Source: Octopus sinensis
Taxonomy: Eukaryota
Reading direction: 5' to 3'
NCBI RefSeq assembly: GCF_006345805.1
Contig: NC_042998.1
Coordinates: 8,928,001 to 8,992,000, forward strand
DNA: 64,000 nt
Shown: piece by piece, positions 44,975-58,939 of the stretch
Numbering within the stretch: position 1 is the stretch's first letter
Layout of the letters: each line of letters starts with the position of its first letter
Translations under genes and position numbers: made by a program
Notes under the pieces: model-generated
What the model saw: the letters and a program-made list of their open reading frames with translations, nothing else
Databases searched by the model: none
Told to the model about the DNA's origin: nothing

Positions 44975-46049
44975 TTGTATAAGTTTACCAATAATGGTTT
45001 CATTAACATACCGAACTACTTGGTAAAATTATTAATTAATTAATTAATTTACCCTTTATTATTATTAAAATGTATGTATAAAGTGTTGAAAATCTCCATC
45101 CATCTCAGGAGAACTGAGGCTCTGTCAAGCTTTCCCCCACTCCTCATCTATTTTCTCCACTTCCACTTCCCACTACACTGAACTGATATCCTCTGTGTTT
45201 AACTGACTCCCTGTCTGTAATCATCTGTCAGAATATTTTCACTCCACTATCCTATTCTGTTCATATTCATATTGTACCCAGCCCTCTTTTCTCTTCTCTC
45301 TCTTTTCTGTCACTTCCAGGTGGGCAAACCAATGTATTCACCTCTTCAACAAGACACATGCTTCCCTCCTATTACAGTTTTTTTCCTCGATTTTATACCC
45401 GACTCAGTTGAGGGGTCTTATCTTGTGGGTACTTGACCACCTCACCAGTGCTGGTGCCATATAAAAAGCACCCAGTACACTCTGTTAGGTGGTATTAGGA
45501 GACATCCAACTGTAGAAACCATGCCAAAACAGACATAGAACTTGTAAGAGCCCTCTGGCTCATTTGTTCCTCGAACCATCCAACCTATGCCAGCAAGGAA
45601 AAGGGTCATTAAATGATGATTGATGATGATATATATATATATTTATGTATGTATGTATGTACACCTGTGTGTACTTGTGTTTGTTCCTCAACACTACATA
45701 ACAGTTGGCGTTGGTGTTTACATCCCTGTAACTTAGCAGTCTGGCACAAAGAGATCAATAAAAAAAAAGTACTAAGCTTTAAAAAATATATACTGGGGTC
45801 AATTTGTTCGACTAAAACCTTTAGGGCGTGCTTCTCCAACATGGCCACAGTCCAATGACTGAAACAGGTAAAAAATTAAAGAGGAAAATAATTCCATTGT
45901 AAATTTGTGAGTCAGTCTCATTAACAAAAAATGTCTGTTTATGTCGTTGTTCGTTTTAACCTTTTTTTTTTATGTTATCTGTTATGAGTCTCTTAAATTG
46001 CTGTTATTTTTTCATTTGCTTTTGTAATTTTACTTTTCTGTTTCTCTAG

Positions 46050-46178
46050 ATTGAGGAAGATGCCTACCAAGAAGATCTTGGCTTCTCCTTAGGAAATATC
46101 AAGCGCTCCAAATCAGGTCGAGTTAGGGGCCCTGTTGTGGATTCTAAAACTAAAGCAAGGATCTCCAAAACACTTCAA
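46050..46178 (+). CDS. PRPF31: PRPF31 coding exon 11
   Basis: IEEDAYQEDLGFSLGNIKRSKSGRVRGPVVDSKTKARISKTLQ; 129 nt, as human exon 12. Confidence 0.98.
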
Positions 46179-46313
46179 GTAAGAATCTTTCAAATTCATT
46201 CTCTCTCTCTCTCCTGTCTTTGTGTCAGCCTCTCACACTTTTTTCTTTTTCCCTCGAATTCCTATCATTCCCCCATCTCTCACATATTCTATTTATCTAT
46301 ATTTCCACCATGT

Positions 46314-46548
46314 GGAAAGGCGGCGAGCTGGCAGAAACGTTAGCACGCCGGTGAAATGCTTAGCAGTATTTCGTCTGCCGCTACGTTCTGAGTTCAAATT
46401 CCGCCGAGGTCGACTTTGCCTTCATCCTCCTTCGGGTCGATAAAATAAGTACCAGTTACGCACTGGGTTCGATGTAATCGACTTAATACCTTTGTCTATC
46501 CTTGTTTGTCCCCTCTATGTTTAGCCCCTTATGGGTAATAAAGAAATA
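46314..46548 (+). mobile_element. tRNA-derived SINE family B with 16-bp TSD
   Basis: TATATTTCCACCATGT at 46298-46313 and 46549-46564. Confidence 0.92.
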
Positions 46549-47592
46549 TATATTTCCACCATGTTGCATTTTTTTTTATGATAACCAAGTACACCATCTT
46601 TTGGATATGGTTGCAAAATTACAGAACTAAATTGGTTGGTAAGCAAGCTACTTACCACACAGCCACACAGCTTAAATGCTAAAGGGTTAATTAATTGATT
46701 AATGTTTTAATTTTGAGCTGTTGCAGAATAGTAGGTTGGGGGGAAAGGAACTGTGCAAGGTATTTAGATTAGGCTCTTAGAATAGAAAGGTAATAAATGA
46801 GAATAAAAAAGGTAATAAATAGGAGAAAAAGATTGAAATGAAATAATCAGTTCAGGTGAAATTAGAATACAGTAAGAAATCTCTGAGGAGCAAAGAGTAT
46901 TATTGTAGTAATACGAGTAGAAAAGATGGTTTTACGATATTAAGATAATTGAAGAATATTGGTTTCAAATTTGGCACAAACAGAGCATTTTCAGGAAAGG
47001 GGTGAGGTCAATTACATCAACCCCAGTGCTTAACTGGTACCTATTTTAATAACCCCAAAAGGATGAAAGCCAGAGTCAACCATATCAGATTTGAACTCAA
47101 AACGTAAAGACAGGCAAAAATGCTTAGCAGGATTTTGCTTGGTGCACTGACAATTCTGCCAGTTTGCTGCCTAATAATTGAAGAAATATAAGTCTGTCTA
47201 TAGGATAAATGGGTATGGCATTTTTAATGGTCCAGAATGTACTGCATGTGTGGTGAGAACAATTGTGGAAGGAAGGTAAGGACAGAGAGAGAGTCCTCAA
47301 GCAGGAGATCTCTATCCCGAGTCTTTGCAACGGAATGGACTCTGCTAAAGGCAATGACCTGATGATGGTACTAATCCAGGGAATAGAATAAAGTCTTTTC
47401 CACCCATGTTAGGCACTGGCAATTGAACTCAGAAAACAAAGCGCTAAAACAAACCCCAAGGTATCCCATCTAATGGTGCGTTATCACCCCCCAGACAAGA
47501 TGGAAACAACGAGGGTTTTGGCAGGATTTTGAACTCAGAATGCAAAGACCAGAATAACTATTTTGTTTTTTATAAATTTGGCACCAAGGCCA

Positions 47593-47692
47593 NNNNNNNN
47601 NNNNNNNNNNNNNNNNNNNNNNNNNNNNNNNNNNNNNNNNNNNNNNNNNNNNNNNNNNNNNNNNNNNNNNNNNNNNNNNNNNNNNNNNNNNN
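47593..47692. other. Assembly gap (100 N)
   Basis: Exactly 100 N, a usual placeholder for a gap of unknown size. Confidence 0.99.
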
Positions 47693-48050
47693 TTGAGATA
47701 CTCTGTAGGCTCAAGAAGACAACATGATCGCTTCGATCCTGTTTCTTGCATTCAGCTCTCTCTTGAGGATTGCACCTGCCCTGCGATAACATTCCCTTCT
47801 GATCATTTCCCTCATCATCGAATATTTGATTCCATCCGTAGCTCTCCGCTGGCTCTAATTCCTTTATGACATTCTGTTGGTCAAGATTAACGCTGCATGT
47901 TTCTGTCATGTTTCCTTTGATAAAGGTGACTTTTGCACATTTATGGAGGCCAAATTTCATCATGCCATCAGTGTGTTGTTTAACACTCGCTAGTAAGCGC
48001 TGTAGTTGTTGATCGTTTCTTGCAAAGAAATTTCAATCATCCATATAAAA
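47693..48050 (-). mobile_element. R4/Dong-like (RLE-type) LINE fragment
   Basis: MKFGLHKCAKVTFIKG...IKELEPAESY, resembling the post-YMDD region of R4-like RTs. Confidence 0.7.
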
Positions 48051-48085
48051 GTGATGATTTATATTTTTATCAAATATTTAATAGC

Positions 48086-49697
48086 CATACCAGCAGTGTT
48101 ACCCAGTGTTGCCCGAGTTACATACAATTGAAGAATTAGACTTTTCTGTTATATTTTCTGTAATGAACTGGAATACCTATGTTTCGAACTTCATCAAAAT
48201 TCCAGATGAGGGTTATTTCCCTCTTTACACACCCAAGCAAAATTGTAATCGTGCCACATGTATCCCATACTACTGATTTTTATGCGCGTATTCCAAAAGG
48301 ATTTTGCTCCTGAAAAATGGAGGTCATGGAGCTCTAAAATGTGAGAGTTAAGGCCCCTGTTGGGGGTGGGAATCTTAATGTCAACCAGAGAAGTTGAATT
48401 GTTGAAAATCTTTTTAACTTGGGTCTTATATCTATTGTTTGAATTTCTTTGAAATAGGAAATATATGTTCACTGGGTTTGTAAAAGAGAGCAAAGCTACA
48501 GGAAACCAAAAGACGAATGATCACAATGAGCAGTCAGCTATAGTACCTTAGTCGTTACCACTCCCAATGCAGTATTCCTCACTATGCAGGTGACAGGCAC
48601 AGCCGTAAGATGCATTACGAATCTATAGCAATTAGAAGGGCGTGACCCAACTGAAATAAACATTAACAACTGTGTGACGTGAGGGCTAAGGAGGAATGAA
48701 AGTTGGAGTTTGCAAATGACCACTATACTGATACGTAACTGGACAGAATAAATATACAATCTATAAATGTCTTTGAATAACCAGCCACTCATCTGGGAAG
48801 GCCTTGAAATCAATGTTACCATGTGGGGACTATGTGTGACCCAGTGATAATAAAAAGACTGAAAGGAGATCTGCAATCAAATAACTTTACTCAACACTTT
48901 GCAACTGAATCAGTGGAGGCAAAGATGCCTCTCATTTACTTGACAATTTATGCAGCACATTGCAGAAATCACTATCTAAGTGTATGTCAAAGCAAACTCT
49001 TACACTGTTGTAACATTGGGTTACAAATAATGCTCATCTTCTATGCTCAGATGACCCCAAAGCTTCCAAGACTACAACTATTCGTCTTTGCTTAGATAAA
49101 ATGACAAAATTGTGGGTGTTAAGTCCCCATGAAGGGGTGTTTCTAACTTGTAAGATGAAATTTTATAAATATTACTTCATTTGTATCTAATATCTATGGT
49201 TAAAATTTCATCAGCAGCAAAAATATATGAATTGTCATGGGGGTTGTGGCCCTTATGCATAGAATATAATTTCCAAATTTCGTAAAGATCCATTCAGTAC
49301 TTTTGATTTAGTTTTGGATCATAAAATAAATGACTAAAATAGGGTGTCTTAGAATCCTCATGTGAAGTGGAAACTTTGAGAATACTTCTTGATGTGTGTC
49401 AATTACCCATGGTTGAAATTTCATCAACATCGAAAATTTATGAATTTTCATGGGGGGGGCGGTCTGCCCCCTTTAAGCCATCTGAAATTCAAACCAAACA
49501 TATTGCATTGAATCTAAGTTTCAAATATCATAAGGATCCATTGAGTAATTTTGGTCCAAAAATTGTATGAAACCACAGCATTACCCTTCTCCCTAGGCTT
49601 CGATTTTGTGTTCCAAATTTCATTATGATCGGTGCAGTAGTTTTCGAATGTATAAGTAATACACGAACACATAAAGACATTGTCTTTGATATAATAA
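48086..49697 (+). mobile_element. Possible long Helitron-like non-autonomous element
   Basis: 5' ACCAGCAGTGTTACCCAGTGTTGCCCGAG resembles the 44372 start; internal repeated AAATTTCAT modules; 3' CACGAACACATAAAGACATTGTCTTT-ATA end. Confidence 0.35.
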
Positions 49698-49766
49698 ATA
49701 TGATTGTACACATATACATACATGTATATATATATGTATATACATAGTGTGTGTGTTGTGTATGTG

Positions 49767-49806
<40 letters not shown>

Positions 49807-49832
49807 TATATATATATTTATTATATAGAAGG

Positions 49833-49881
49833 AGCTTCTACAGACTAGAACTGTTTCATTCAGAGAAATCTTCAGGAAGCT
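49833..49881 (-). ncRNA. Type I hammerhead ribozyme fold
   Basis: - strand reads AGCTTC-CTGAAGA-TTTC-TCT-GAAT-GAAA-CAG-TTCTAGT-CTG-TA-GAAGCT: stem I 6 bp, intact core, GUA cleavage triplet. Confidence 0.72.
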
Positions 49882-50460
49882 AGTTAACAAGAATTGTATT
49901 GGCATTTATACATTAGGCAGGTTTAAAGGGGTGTTGGTGGGGGACTTTTTGGGGGTAGGCATAGCGCAAAATATCATACTTGGGGGAGTGGTCAAGGAGT
50001 CAGTGTTAAATTAGATAGAAGAATAAATAAAAAAATAAAAAATATATATATATAAAAAAAAGGGAATAGAGTTTTAGGTAAATAAGGGGATTCTCACTTA
50101 TACCTATGCACATATGTATACATATATCACACACACATACAAACATATATAACATATACAAACACACATACATACACACACACATATATATACATATATA
50201 TACACTTACCATACATATACATATCTACACATACACATATATGTATACATACACACTCACATGCATACACGTATACACATATGTATATATACACACACGA
50301 CCACACATACATATACACACAGAAAAAATATTATACACATACACACACATACTCACATACACGCATACACACACATATCCACACACACACATGCCACACA
50401 GCACACTAGTCCCTATATACACATATATACACATACACACATATATACACACACATACAT

Positions 50461-50493
<33 letters not shown>

Positions 50494-50903
50494 CATATGT
50501 GTACCTATGCATACCTACACATACACACTATATATACACATACAAATACAGACCCATTCCCTAATTTTAATTTTATTATCTTCATTTATTACTTTTGTTA
50601 TCTTTGACCGCTGGTCACCAAACATCTTGGCTGACAGCCAGTCCATTTATCTGTCTACTGGAAAACAAGCACTCATTCACTCACGCACACTCTTTAGCAC
50701 GTACACTCACTCATTCGTACACTCATACACATACACGCAACGCACGCGTTATATTCATACATACATACATCTACATACATTCACGTATATACACATACGT
50801 ACGCGTACCTACAGATTCATGTCTACATTCTTAGAGGGCTAGTCTATACATATACACCAATAAATATAAATACAACACACTACATATACACCTACATACA
50901 AAT

Positions 50904-50951
<48 letters not shown>

Positions 50952-51712
50952 CACATATATATACACATATATATATATATATACATACACACATACACTA
51001 TATACATATATATACACACATACACATACATACATATACACACATACACATACATACGTATACATACATACATACATCCATACATCCATACATACATACA
51101 TTTATACACATACACACACCCACATATACATATACATACATATATACGCGCATGCATACACATACAAATACACATATATATATATATATTATACATACAC
51201 ACACATACATATACATACATACATATACAAATATACGCACACACATACATACAATACTCATATACACATACACGCACATACACATGTACATGCGTACCCG
51301 TACACACACACCACACACACGCGCATCCATATACACATAAGTACACACATGCGTAAAAGTATACATATATCTATGCTTACACATACACAACACACACACA
51401 CGCGCCTCCTTATATTCATACTTACATGCATACTCAAAAAATAAGTAAATAGTAAAATATATATACGCGCAGTTATTCATACATGCATACTCAAAAAAAA
51501 AAAAATAAATAATAATTTAGTATATGTACGTGCAGTTTATATATATATATTTTTTTATTTTTTTATTTATTCTTCTATCTAATTTAACACTGACTCCTTG
51601 ACCACTCCCCCAAGTATGATATTTTGCGCTATGCCTACCCCCAAAAAGTCCCCCACCAACACCCCTTTAAACCTGCCTAAATGTATAAATGCCAATACAA
51701 TTCTTGTTAACT

Positions 51713-51763
51713 AGCTTCCTGAAGATTTCTCTTGAATGAAACAGTTCTAGTCCTGTAGAAGCT
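51713..51763 (+). ncRNA. Type I hammerhead ribozyme fold
   Basis: AGCTTC-CTGAAGA-TTTC-TCTT-GAAT-GAAA-CAG-TTCTAGTC-CTG-TA-GAAGCT; predicted cleavage after A51757; first stem II pair is U.U rather than G-C. Confidence 0.72.
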
Positions 51764-51846
51764 CCTTCTATATAATAAATTAATTTTACTCTGCTATGTA
51801 TTGAGTACCTTATTTACTGTGGTTAACCCCGAATCAACCCGGGACC

Positions 51847-51900
<54 letters not shown>

Positions 51901-52160
51901 AAATTAAATTGATAGATACAACTGAGTGGGCAAACAAAAATATGAGACACAGCGTAGTGCTTTTTTATGTTGATAAGTCTGGTACTTATTTTATCAGTTT
52001 CTTCTTATGAACCAGTAAGTTATGGGGATGTAAATAAACGAACAGCAGTTGTGAAGCAGTGATGAGGGTGAAACACAGAAACAAAGTCACACACATACAT
52101 TTAAATATATACATACATATATATACGATTGATATCTTTAAGTTTCTGTCTACGAAATCC

Positions 52161-52222
<62 letters not shown>

Positions 52223-53149
52223 ATGTATGTATGTACACACACACACACATACACACACACACACAAAGATAAATTGTGTGGGCAAATAAAAATATGAGAT
52301 ACTGCCTAGTGGTTTGTTTTGTATTTTGATAAGCCTGGTACTTATTCTATCAGTTTCTTCTTGTAAAACCAGTAAGTTATGGGGATGTAAATAAACGAAC
52401 ACCAGTTGTGAGGTAGTGATGAGGGAGAAACACAAAGACACACACACACAGACTTACATATATACATACATATATATACGACTGATTTCTTTCAGTTTCT
52501 GTCTACAAAAATCACTGACAAAGCTTTAGTTGGTCTGAGGCTATAGCAGAAGGCACATGCCAAGTCACCACACAGTGGAACTGAACCCAGGACCATGTGT
52601 TTTGAAACGAAGTTTGTTACCACACGGTCACACCTGCACCTATGTATGTATGTTTGTGTGTATGTGTGTATATATGTATGCATATATATATGTGAATATA
52701 CATGTGTACATATTACATGTACATCTATATATATATACATCTACACGTATACATGTATACATATACATCTTTATGTATAGAAATAAATGTATACATATAC
52801 AGCTATACACACACACACATACATAGGTGCAGGTGTGGCTGTGTGGTAACGAACTTCGTTCCAAAACGCATGGTCCTGGATTTAAATTTAAATTTAAAAT
52901 GATAAGGGTAAGAAATTGAATATTAATTTGATTAATATGAATTGTAAACCAGTGGTGTAGCATATAAGACCATAGCGGATCTTCTTCTAGCAAAATGGAT
53001 GTCCACTGTTAATGGTTCATCCCTCTTATATAATAGTTTGACTTTAATAGTTTCAGTATTAAAGTGAAAGTATCTGACATTACAATAGAGAAATGTTTTT
53101 GTTTCACTTTTAACACGTAATACTGAAATAGTGGAGAAGATATGATATT

Positions 53150-53329
53150 GCTGTGGGCTCGCCCTAGGCAAGAAGTTAGAAATGTTTTGCCCATGACACT
53201 ACATGGACCCTAAGTAAGGCATGTGTAAAATTTGAATGAAATTGGTTGTGTAGTTCACAAGTTTTAGGGATTCACACAGACAGACAGACAGACAGACATA
53301 CATACATTCTCAGTTTTATATATATAGAT
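53150..53329 (+). mobile_element. Helentron/DINE-like 3' end with (CAGA)n microsatellite
   Basis: ...GTGTAAAATTTGAATGAAATTGG...CACACAGACAGACAGACAGACAGACATACATACATTCTCAGTTTTATATATATAGAT, abutting an R4-like fragment. Confidence 0.5.
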
Positions 53330-54460
53330 TGTACATCAACGAGAAATTCCGAGAGAGGTATTAAGGCTAGACAAAACAGGAGTGGTGACAGAGAGTCAAC
53401 CTGGAAAATACCAAATGAAATTCTTACCTCCCCAGCATTAAGAGATTCATTGTCGCTGTTCAAAATCTGAGTGGTTCTCCATGATCTTATACTTACAGAG
53501 AGGAATTATCGCAGAGTAGGTGCTATTTTATACATTTCCAGACATTTCTTAACCCAGCTATGTAGTAGACTATCAAAGGCGTTTCTATAGTCTATCCAGT
53601 CTATCGAGAATATTTTGTGTCGTTTGTGACAATCTTCTAAGATCATCTTATTGATGAGTAGCTGAATTTTACAACCGCAGGACACGTTTGCATCCTTTTT
53701 GCTCATTTGGGAAAAGGTATATTCAGTCAAAACAGATGTTAGCATTTTGCACATTGTTGTTAAGATGGTTATGGTCTATATTTTTTTGGTTCATTTGTTT
53801 CTTCATTTTTTTAAAGTAGGAATGCAACACCAGTAACTAGCCAAGAGGGAATCATACTAAGTTGTTGCAAACCACTGTGGTAAAGTTTCGTTTGAATTTC
53901 GTGACTCTCTGGACAGGCATTCAACCAGAAATTAGGAATTTTATCAACTTCTGGAGACTTCCTTTTGCTGGACTTCCTGAGAGCAGATCTTACATCCTCA
54001 CACTTTTGCTCTTCTAAATTAGTAGATATTCTCTCAATCGAAGGGGCCTTTTTATTGTGTTTTGTTTCTTCTGGCCAAAGTTTATTCCAAAATTCCTTCA
54101 CTTCTTTTGATGTGACAGATTTCACTAAAACTGGTATTTCCCTATCTTCCTGTAAAACTATTTTGTCCTTGAAGTATCTAACTCGCTTTTCATACGCTGC
54201 TATGCAGGCAGCTTTAGCACAGACCTTTTGCTGGAGAGTTTCTATCGTGGTATCGATTTCAAGTATGGTTTTCGTATTATATTTCTTCTTTAATTTTCGG
54301 ACTTTTGTTGGTCTGATAGTCTTGTCAAAGTTATGGTCTATTAAACATTCTACATCAGATCTAAGTAGCTGAATTTGGTGTTGAATACGCTGTTGCCAAG
54401 TAGGCTTTTTATGGGAATGTCGCCACGTTCTAATCTTTCACCACATTAGCTGAAATTATA
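53330..54460 (-). mobile_element. Decayed R4/Dong-like LINE fragment
   Basis: QLLINKMILEDC, WIDYRNAFDSLLHSW, GIFQVDSLSPLLFCLALIPLS in broken frames. Confidence 0.8.
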
Positions 54461-55900
54461 TCCTTATGTTCATGGCGGATTTTACCAATTATTTTCAGGT
54501 TTTGGTTAGAATTGCGAATTTTTATGAGCGCGTCACGTTCATTTATACTGCTTTCTTTAATTTTCAAACATTCAATCATGATCGGATTTTTTTAGATTAT
54601 GTAGTTCTGTTGGGTCAATTTCTGCGTGACTTTCTTCATCTATCTGGTTTTCCTCTGCCTTAGTGTTTATGGTTGTTTCACAGTATTTCATTTTGCTCAT
54701 CACTTACATCAACTCTTTCTTTCATTACTACATTTTCATAAGACCTTGCCTTATTGAGATGGTATTTAAGGACATAAGGAGCCTCATGCCACTTATGACA
54801 TAGTCTCCTCGCCCTCACCTTTTATTTATTGCTTTATTTACTTCTTCATTTAATTTTCCCCTGTAACAGTCTTAGCTTGCCCTTGGTTTTAAATGTAACT
54901 GACCAATTGTAAAGATGACTGGACTTTGGTCAATTCCATTACGGACAACAGGTGGTTGGTCTCTAGAATATTTCGGTAAGTACACAATTATAACAACATA
55001 CAGCTATGGATAAATATTAATTAGCTCTATTTACGAAATAACAAGTTCTACCCTTTTACTAGACTTCCTGGCGATTCCTGTTATACTTAAGTTTTATTTT
55101 ATTATTAGTTATACACCCTGGTGCCCCTATAAAGAGATTAACCCACCAAATATCTTTCTATCTAGATTATTTCAGAGTTTACTCTTTTGCCCATCGACTT
55201 CAAGCTTTACACTGCAAAATGGTTTGATTCTAATTTCATTGAGCTTTCCCCATCTCGAGACTCTGCTCTCTCCTCTTCCCTCTTCTTGTCTTTTATTTTA
55301 TGCATTTGTATTCAAACTGACGAAGCTCCATGTACCAGATCGGATGTACTATAAAGATGACGAATATTATTTTCGGAATTCTTTCTGACTACCGACTGAC
55401 ATTGGTAGGTGAAACGGCCGTAAGCAATGTTAAGGTCTTATATTAAAATTAATTAGACGATGTTGGTCCGTTTGTTTGTTTGTTGATCAAAGGTTTCTCC
55501 ATTTTCTGCTTATTATATATATATGTGTTTGTGTGTGTGTGTGTGTGTGTGTTGTGTGTGTGTGTGTTGGTGTAAATATACGTATGTATGTATGGATATA
55601 TATGTGTGTGTGGATATACGTATGTATGTATGTGTGTATATATATATGTGTATGTGTGTGTAGACATACGTATATATGTAAGGATATATATATGTGTGTG
55701 TGTGTGTGTGTGTATGTGTGTGTGTGTGTTGGTGTAAATATACGTATGTATGTGTATATATGTGTGTGTGGATATACGTATGTATGTATGTGTGTATATA
55801 TATATGTGTATGTGTGTGTAGACATACGTATATATGTAAGGATATATATATGTGTGTGTCTGTGTGGATGTATGTATGCGTGGATATACGTATGTATGTG

Positions 55901-55933
<33 letters not shown>

Positions 55934-56179
55934 ATGTGTGTGTGTGTGTGTGTATGTGTGTGTGTGTGTGTGTGTACGTTATGCTTCTATCAGTTTCCCT
56001 CTCCGAAATTTACTAACAAGTGTGTGGTTGGCCCGATGTTACCACGCATCGGGACTGAACCCGCAACTATGTGGTTAGGACCCAACCTTGTCAATACAAG
56101 ACTAGGAATTCACCTGTTTTCTGAAGAGTAGTATTGTGGGGTGTAAAAATGAGTGGGCATAGTATGAAAAATGCTTCGG

Positions 56180-56900
56180 CGCTCTGGGCATCAGAACAGG
56201 GATTGTGCAAGGCGATAACCTATCTTCTTTGCTTTTTGTTCTCTACATCATCCCGCTGACCTCGGTTCTTAGGAAAATGAACCTAGGATATCAGCTAAAG
56301 GGGAAATCGCAATCAATTAGCCACATCCACTACATGGATAATTTGAAACTGTATGGCAAAGTGGAAGCACAAGTGAGTTCTTTGGTGAAAACAGTTCACT
56401 GTTTCTGTTATGGTATTAGAATTGAAGTGTGTTATAATGTTCCTGAAAAGAGGGAAGGTACGGATCCTAAGAGGGATAGAATTACTTAATAGAGAACTGA
56501 TTAAACTAATTGAAAGCTGATACTTTCCATCATACCCAGCAAAAGAAGCTGAGAGTGGAAATCACAGCCTGCAAAGAGCAAAGACGTGGCATTTGCAAAT
56601 ACCACAACGGGTCACCGAGAAGGAAAACTGCAGAATCTTGTGGGATAAAATGTTCCAGTGCGATAACCTGTCCAGACATCGTAAATCGGACATTCTTGTG
56701 GTGAGTAAAAAGCGAAGAAAAGCCTGCATGATAATCGACAGATGACATGCTCCGATGACAACAGGGTCAATGGGAAACAAGAGGAGAAAACTAAACAACT
56801 TTGACGAAAAAGCATGGTGCAAGTGTGAAGGTAGAACATCTAAAAACGTCAGCATTGTTTAGAACTGCTAGATTTCTTCGCAAGGTTCTTGAAAGATGGC
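56180..56900 (+). mobile_element. Decayed, internally deleted R4/Dong-like LINE
   Basis: QGDNLSSLLFVL, HIHYMDNLKLYG; downstream ILWDKMFQCD...HRKSDI, resembling the RLE region. Confidence 0.75.
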
Positions 56901-58939
56901 CAGTAAATACGCGTCACCTTAATCTGCTGGCTCCGGGCAGCTGACACTTTCCGTCATACCCAGCTATACCGGGCTTCCCATTCAAAAACAAATCTAATCT
57001 AATAACATCGATAGAATTGGATAAAGGAACCCGTGGAAGACTTGCAGGAAGCGGTTTTTTAATGAAAAAATTTTTTCAAAAAACCCAAATTTTACTGCCA
57101 TACAAAGCACAGTTTCTCCTACGCACGGTGTCTCAATGAAACATGTGCGAAACACACGTGCGATATCAACACCGGAAAGTTTACAAATTATAAAATAGAA
57201 TGGAACAAAATAGTACTCCATAAATTGTGTAATTACGCATACACTGGAATGTCTACTCAATCATATATACATTTTGATACCCATAGGACTACACATATAT
57301 CTCAATGTTTACACAACTACGGGAAATTTACAGGACAAACATTCACGCATATGAAAACCTGTGTCACAAACGAGACAACAACAATTTTTTTTCAAACTAA
57401 CACAGAGTGAACAAGTCATAAGTTTAAAAACACCACAAAAAAAACTATGCTCGGATATAAATGTATCAACAAAAAGAATACAGACGAATACAGATCTATT
57501 AGCCTTAAGAAACTACGCTACTAGCAATGTTTGTATGCAGAGAGCTCAGTTTGTATGCAGAAAATTTCGACAAAGGAAATTGGAAAGAATTCGATATGAA
57601 TTGTGAATTTCCCCAAGAGTAGGAGGAGAAAGATTAGGATCACCCAGGGAAGAATGTGACAGAGGGTTAATATCAGTAGAAGAATGTGTGGAATTTGCTA
57701 GATTAGATATAGACTCTTATTTAGAAACTAGTGGAAAATATTTCATTAGAAACTGTTAGTTTAATAGTAGGAGGTAGAGAAACCAAAATCCAAAGGAAAT
57801 TAAAAACCAGAGAAAGAAGGAACTTGCAAGAGAAGGCATTGCATGACAGATTCCCAAAGAGGGTTGCAAGAAATAGTAGCAGTGAGATATGGTTATGATT
57901 GCAGATATGAAGGCTGAGACAGAAAGTTTGTTCGTAGCAGCACAAAATTAAGCATTGAGGACTAATTGAATAAAAGTACTGGGTCAATTCATTAAATTAG
58001 AAGATTTTGAAAGCGTTGCCAAAACCTGACCGCGGTCGAATGTATGAAACAAGTAAAAGGGGAAAATGAAACGAATATAATGTTGGGAGAATAATTAAAG
58101 AATACTAACTTACACAGGTGTATCATCAAAAACAGGGTTACTGCAAACTTTTCCATTATCTGAAAATTAAAGAATTGTCAGCAGTTCAGAAATGAAAATA
58201 TCTCAGTTAAAACATGACATACGATGGTTTCAAATTGTGGCACAAGGCATGTAGTTTGCATGGAGGGGCTAAGTCGTTTAGATCGATCCCATTTTCACCT
58301 AGTACCTATTTTTAAACACCGAACAAATGAGAGGCAGAGTCGCCCTCAGCAGAATGTGAACTCAGGACATAAAGACGGATGAAATGACGTTGAGTATTTT
58401 GACCGGCGTGGTAACGATTCTGGTTTCAAATATTAGCACAAGGCCCGTAGTTTATGGGAGGACAAAAGACGGTTAGACCGACCCAAATGATTCAATGGTA
58501 TTTATCTTATTCACTTCAAAATGCGTTAACATCTCGAGGTAAGGAGACACGTCAGAGGGGAGAGGAAGAGGCCTGACAGAATGACAATTTTCCCGTGCTC
58601 TGACAGAACCCTCATATGGGATGCCACATGCTGTGACAGCTTCTTAGCATAATGCCGCTAAGTATTTTGCCCGGCGTTCTTACGATTCTGCCATATAAAA
58701 TATCAATAATAATGCTAATAATAAAAATGGTTCCGAATTTTGGTAAAAGGCAAGCAGTTACTAGTGAGGGTATAAGTTCATTATATCTATCCTAGTGTTC
58801 ATGTGGTGCTTATTTTATCGGCGTCGAAATGATGGAAGGCAAATTCAACGTCGGTAAAATTTGAACTCAGAAAGTGAAGACAGACGAATGTCGCTAACAT
58901 TAGTGATAACATTCCTACTCCCTCCTACGGACGACACAA

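Larger units (their letters stand above)
49816..51780. mobile_element. ~2-kb element with ~240-bp inverted arms carrying hammerhead ribozymes (Penelope-like pLTR-derived)
   Basis: Arms 49816-50056 and 51536-51780 are reverse complements, differing only by homopolymer indels. The interior is non-palindromic (CA/TA)n-rich DNA. Confidence 0.85.

Noticed and set aside
6266-46178. PRPF31 as a pseudogene because of the exon 8 frameshifts
   Set aside because: The other ten exons are open, with canonical splice sites and conserved lengths and phases. Both lesions are GG-to-G, typical of sequencing error.
54805-54812. CTCCTCGC resembling the HDV L3 loop near an R4-like fragment
   Set aside because: The flanking bases cannot form P3, and it is on the opposite strand to the LINE.
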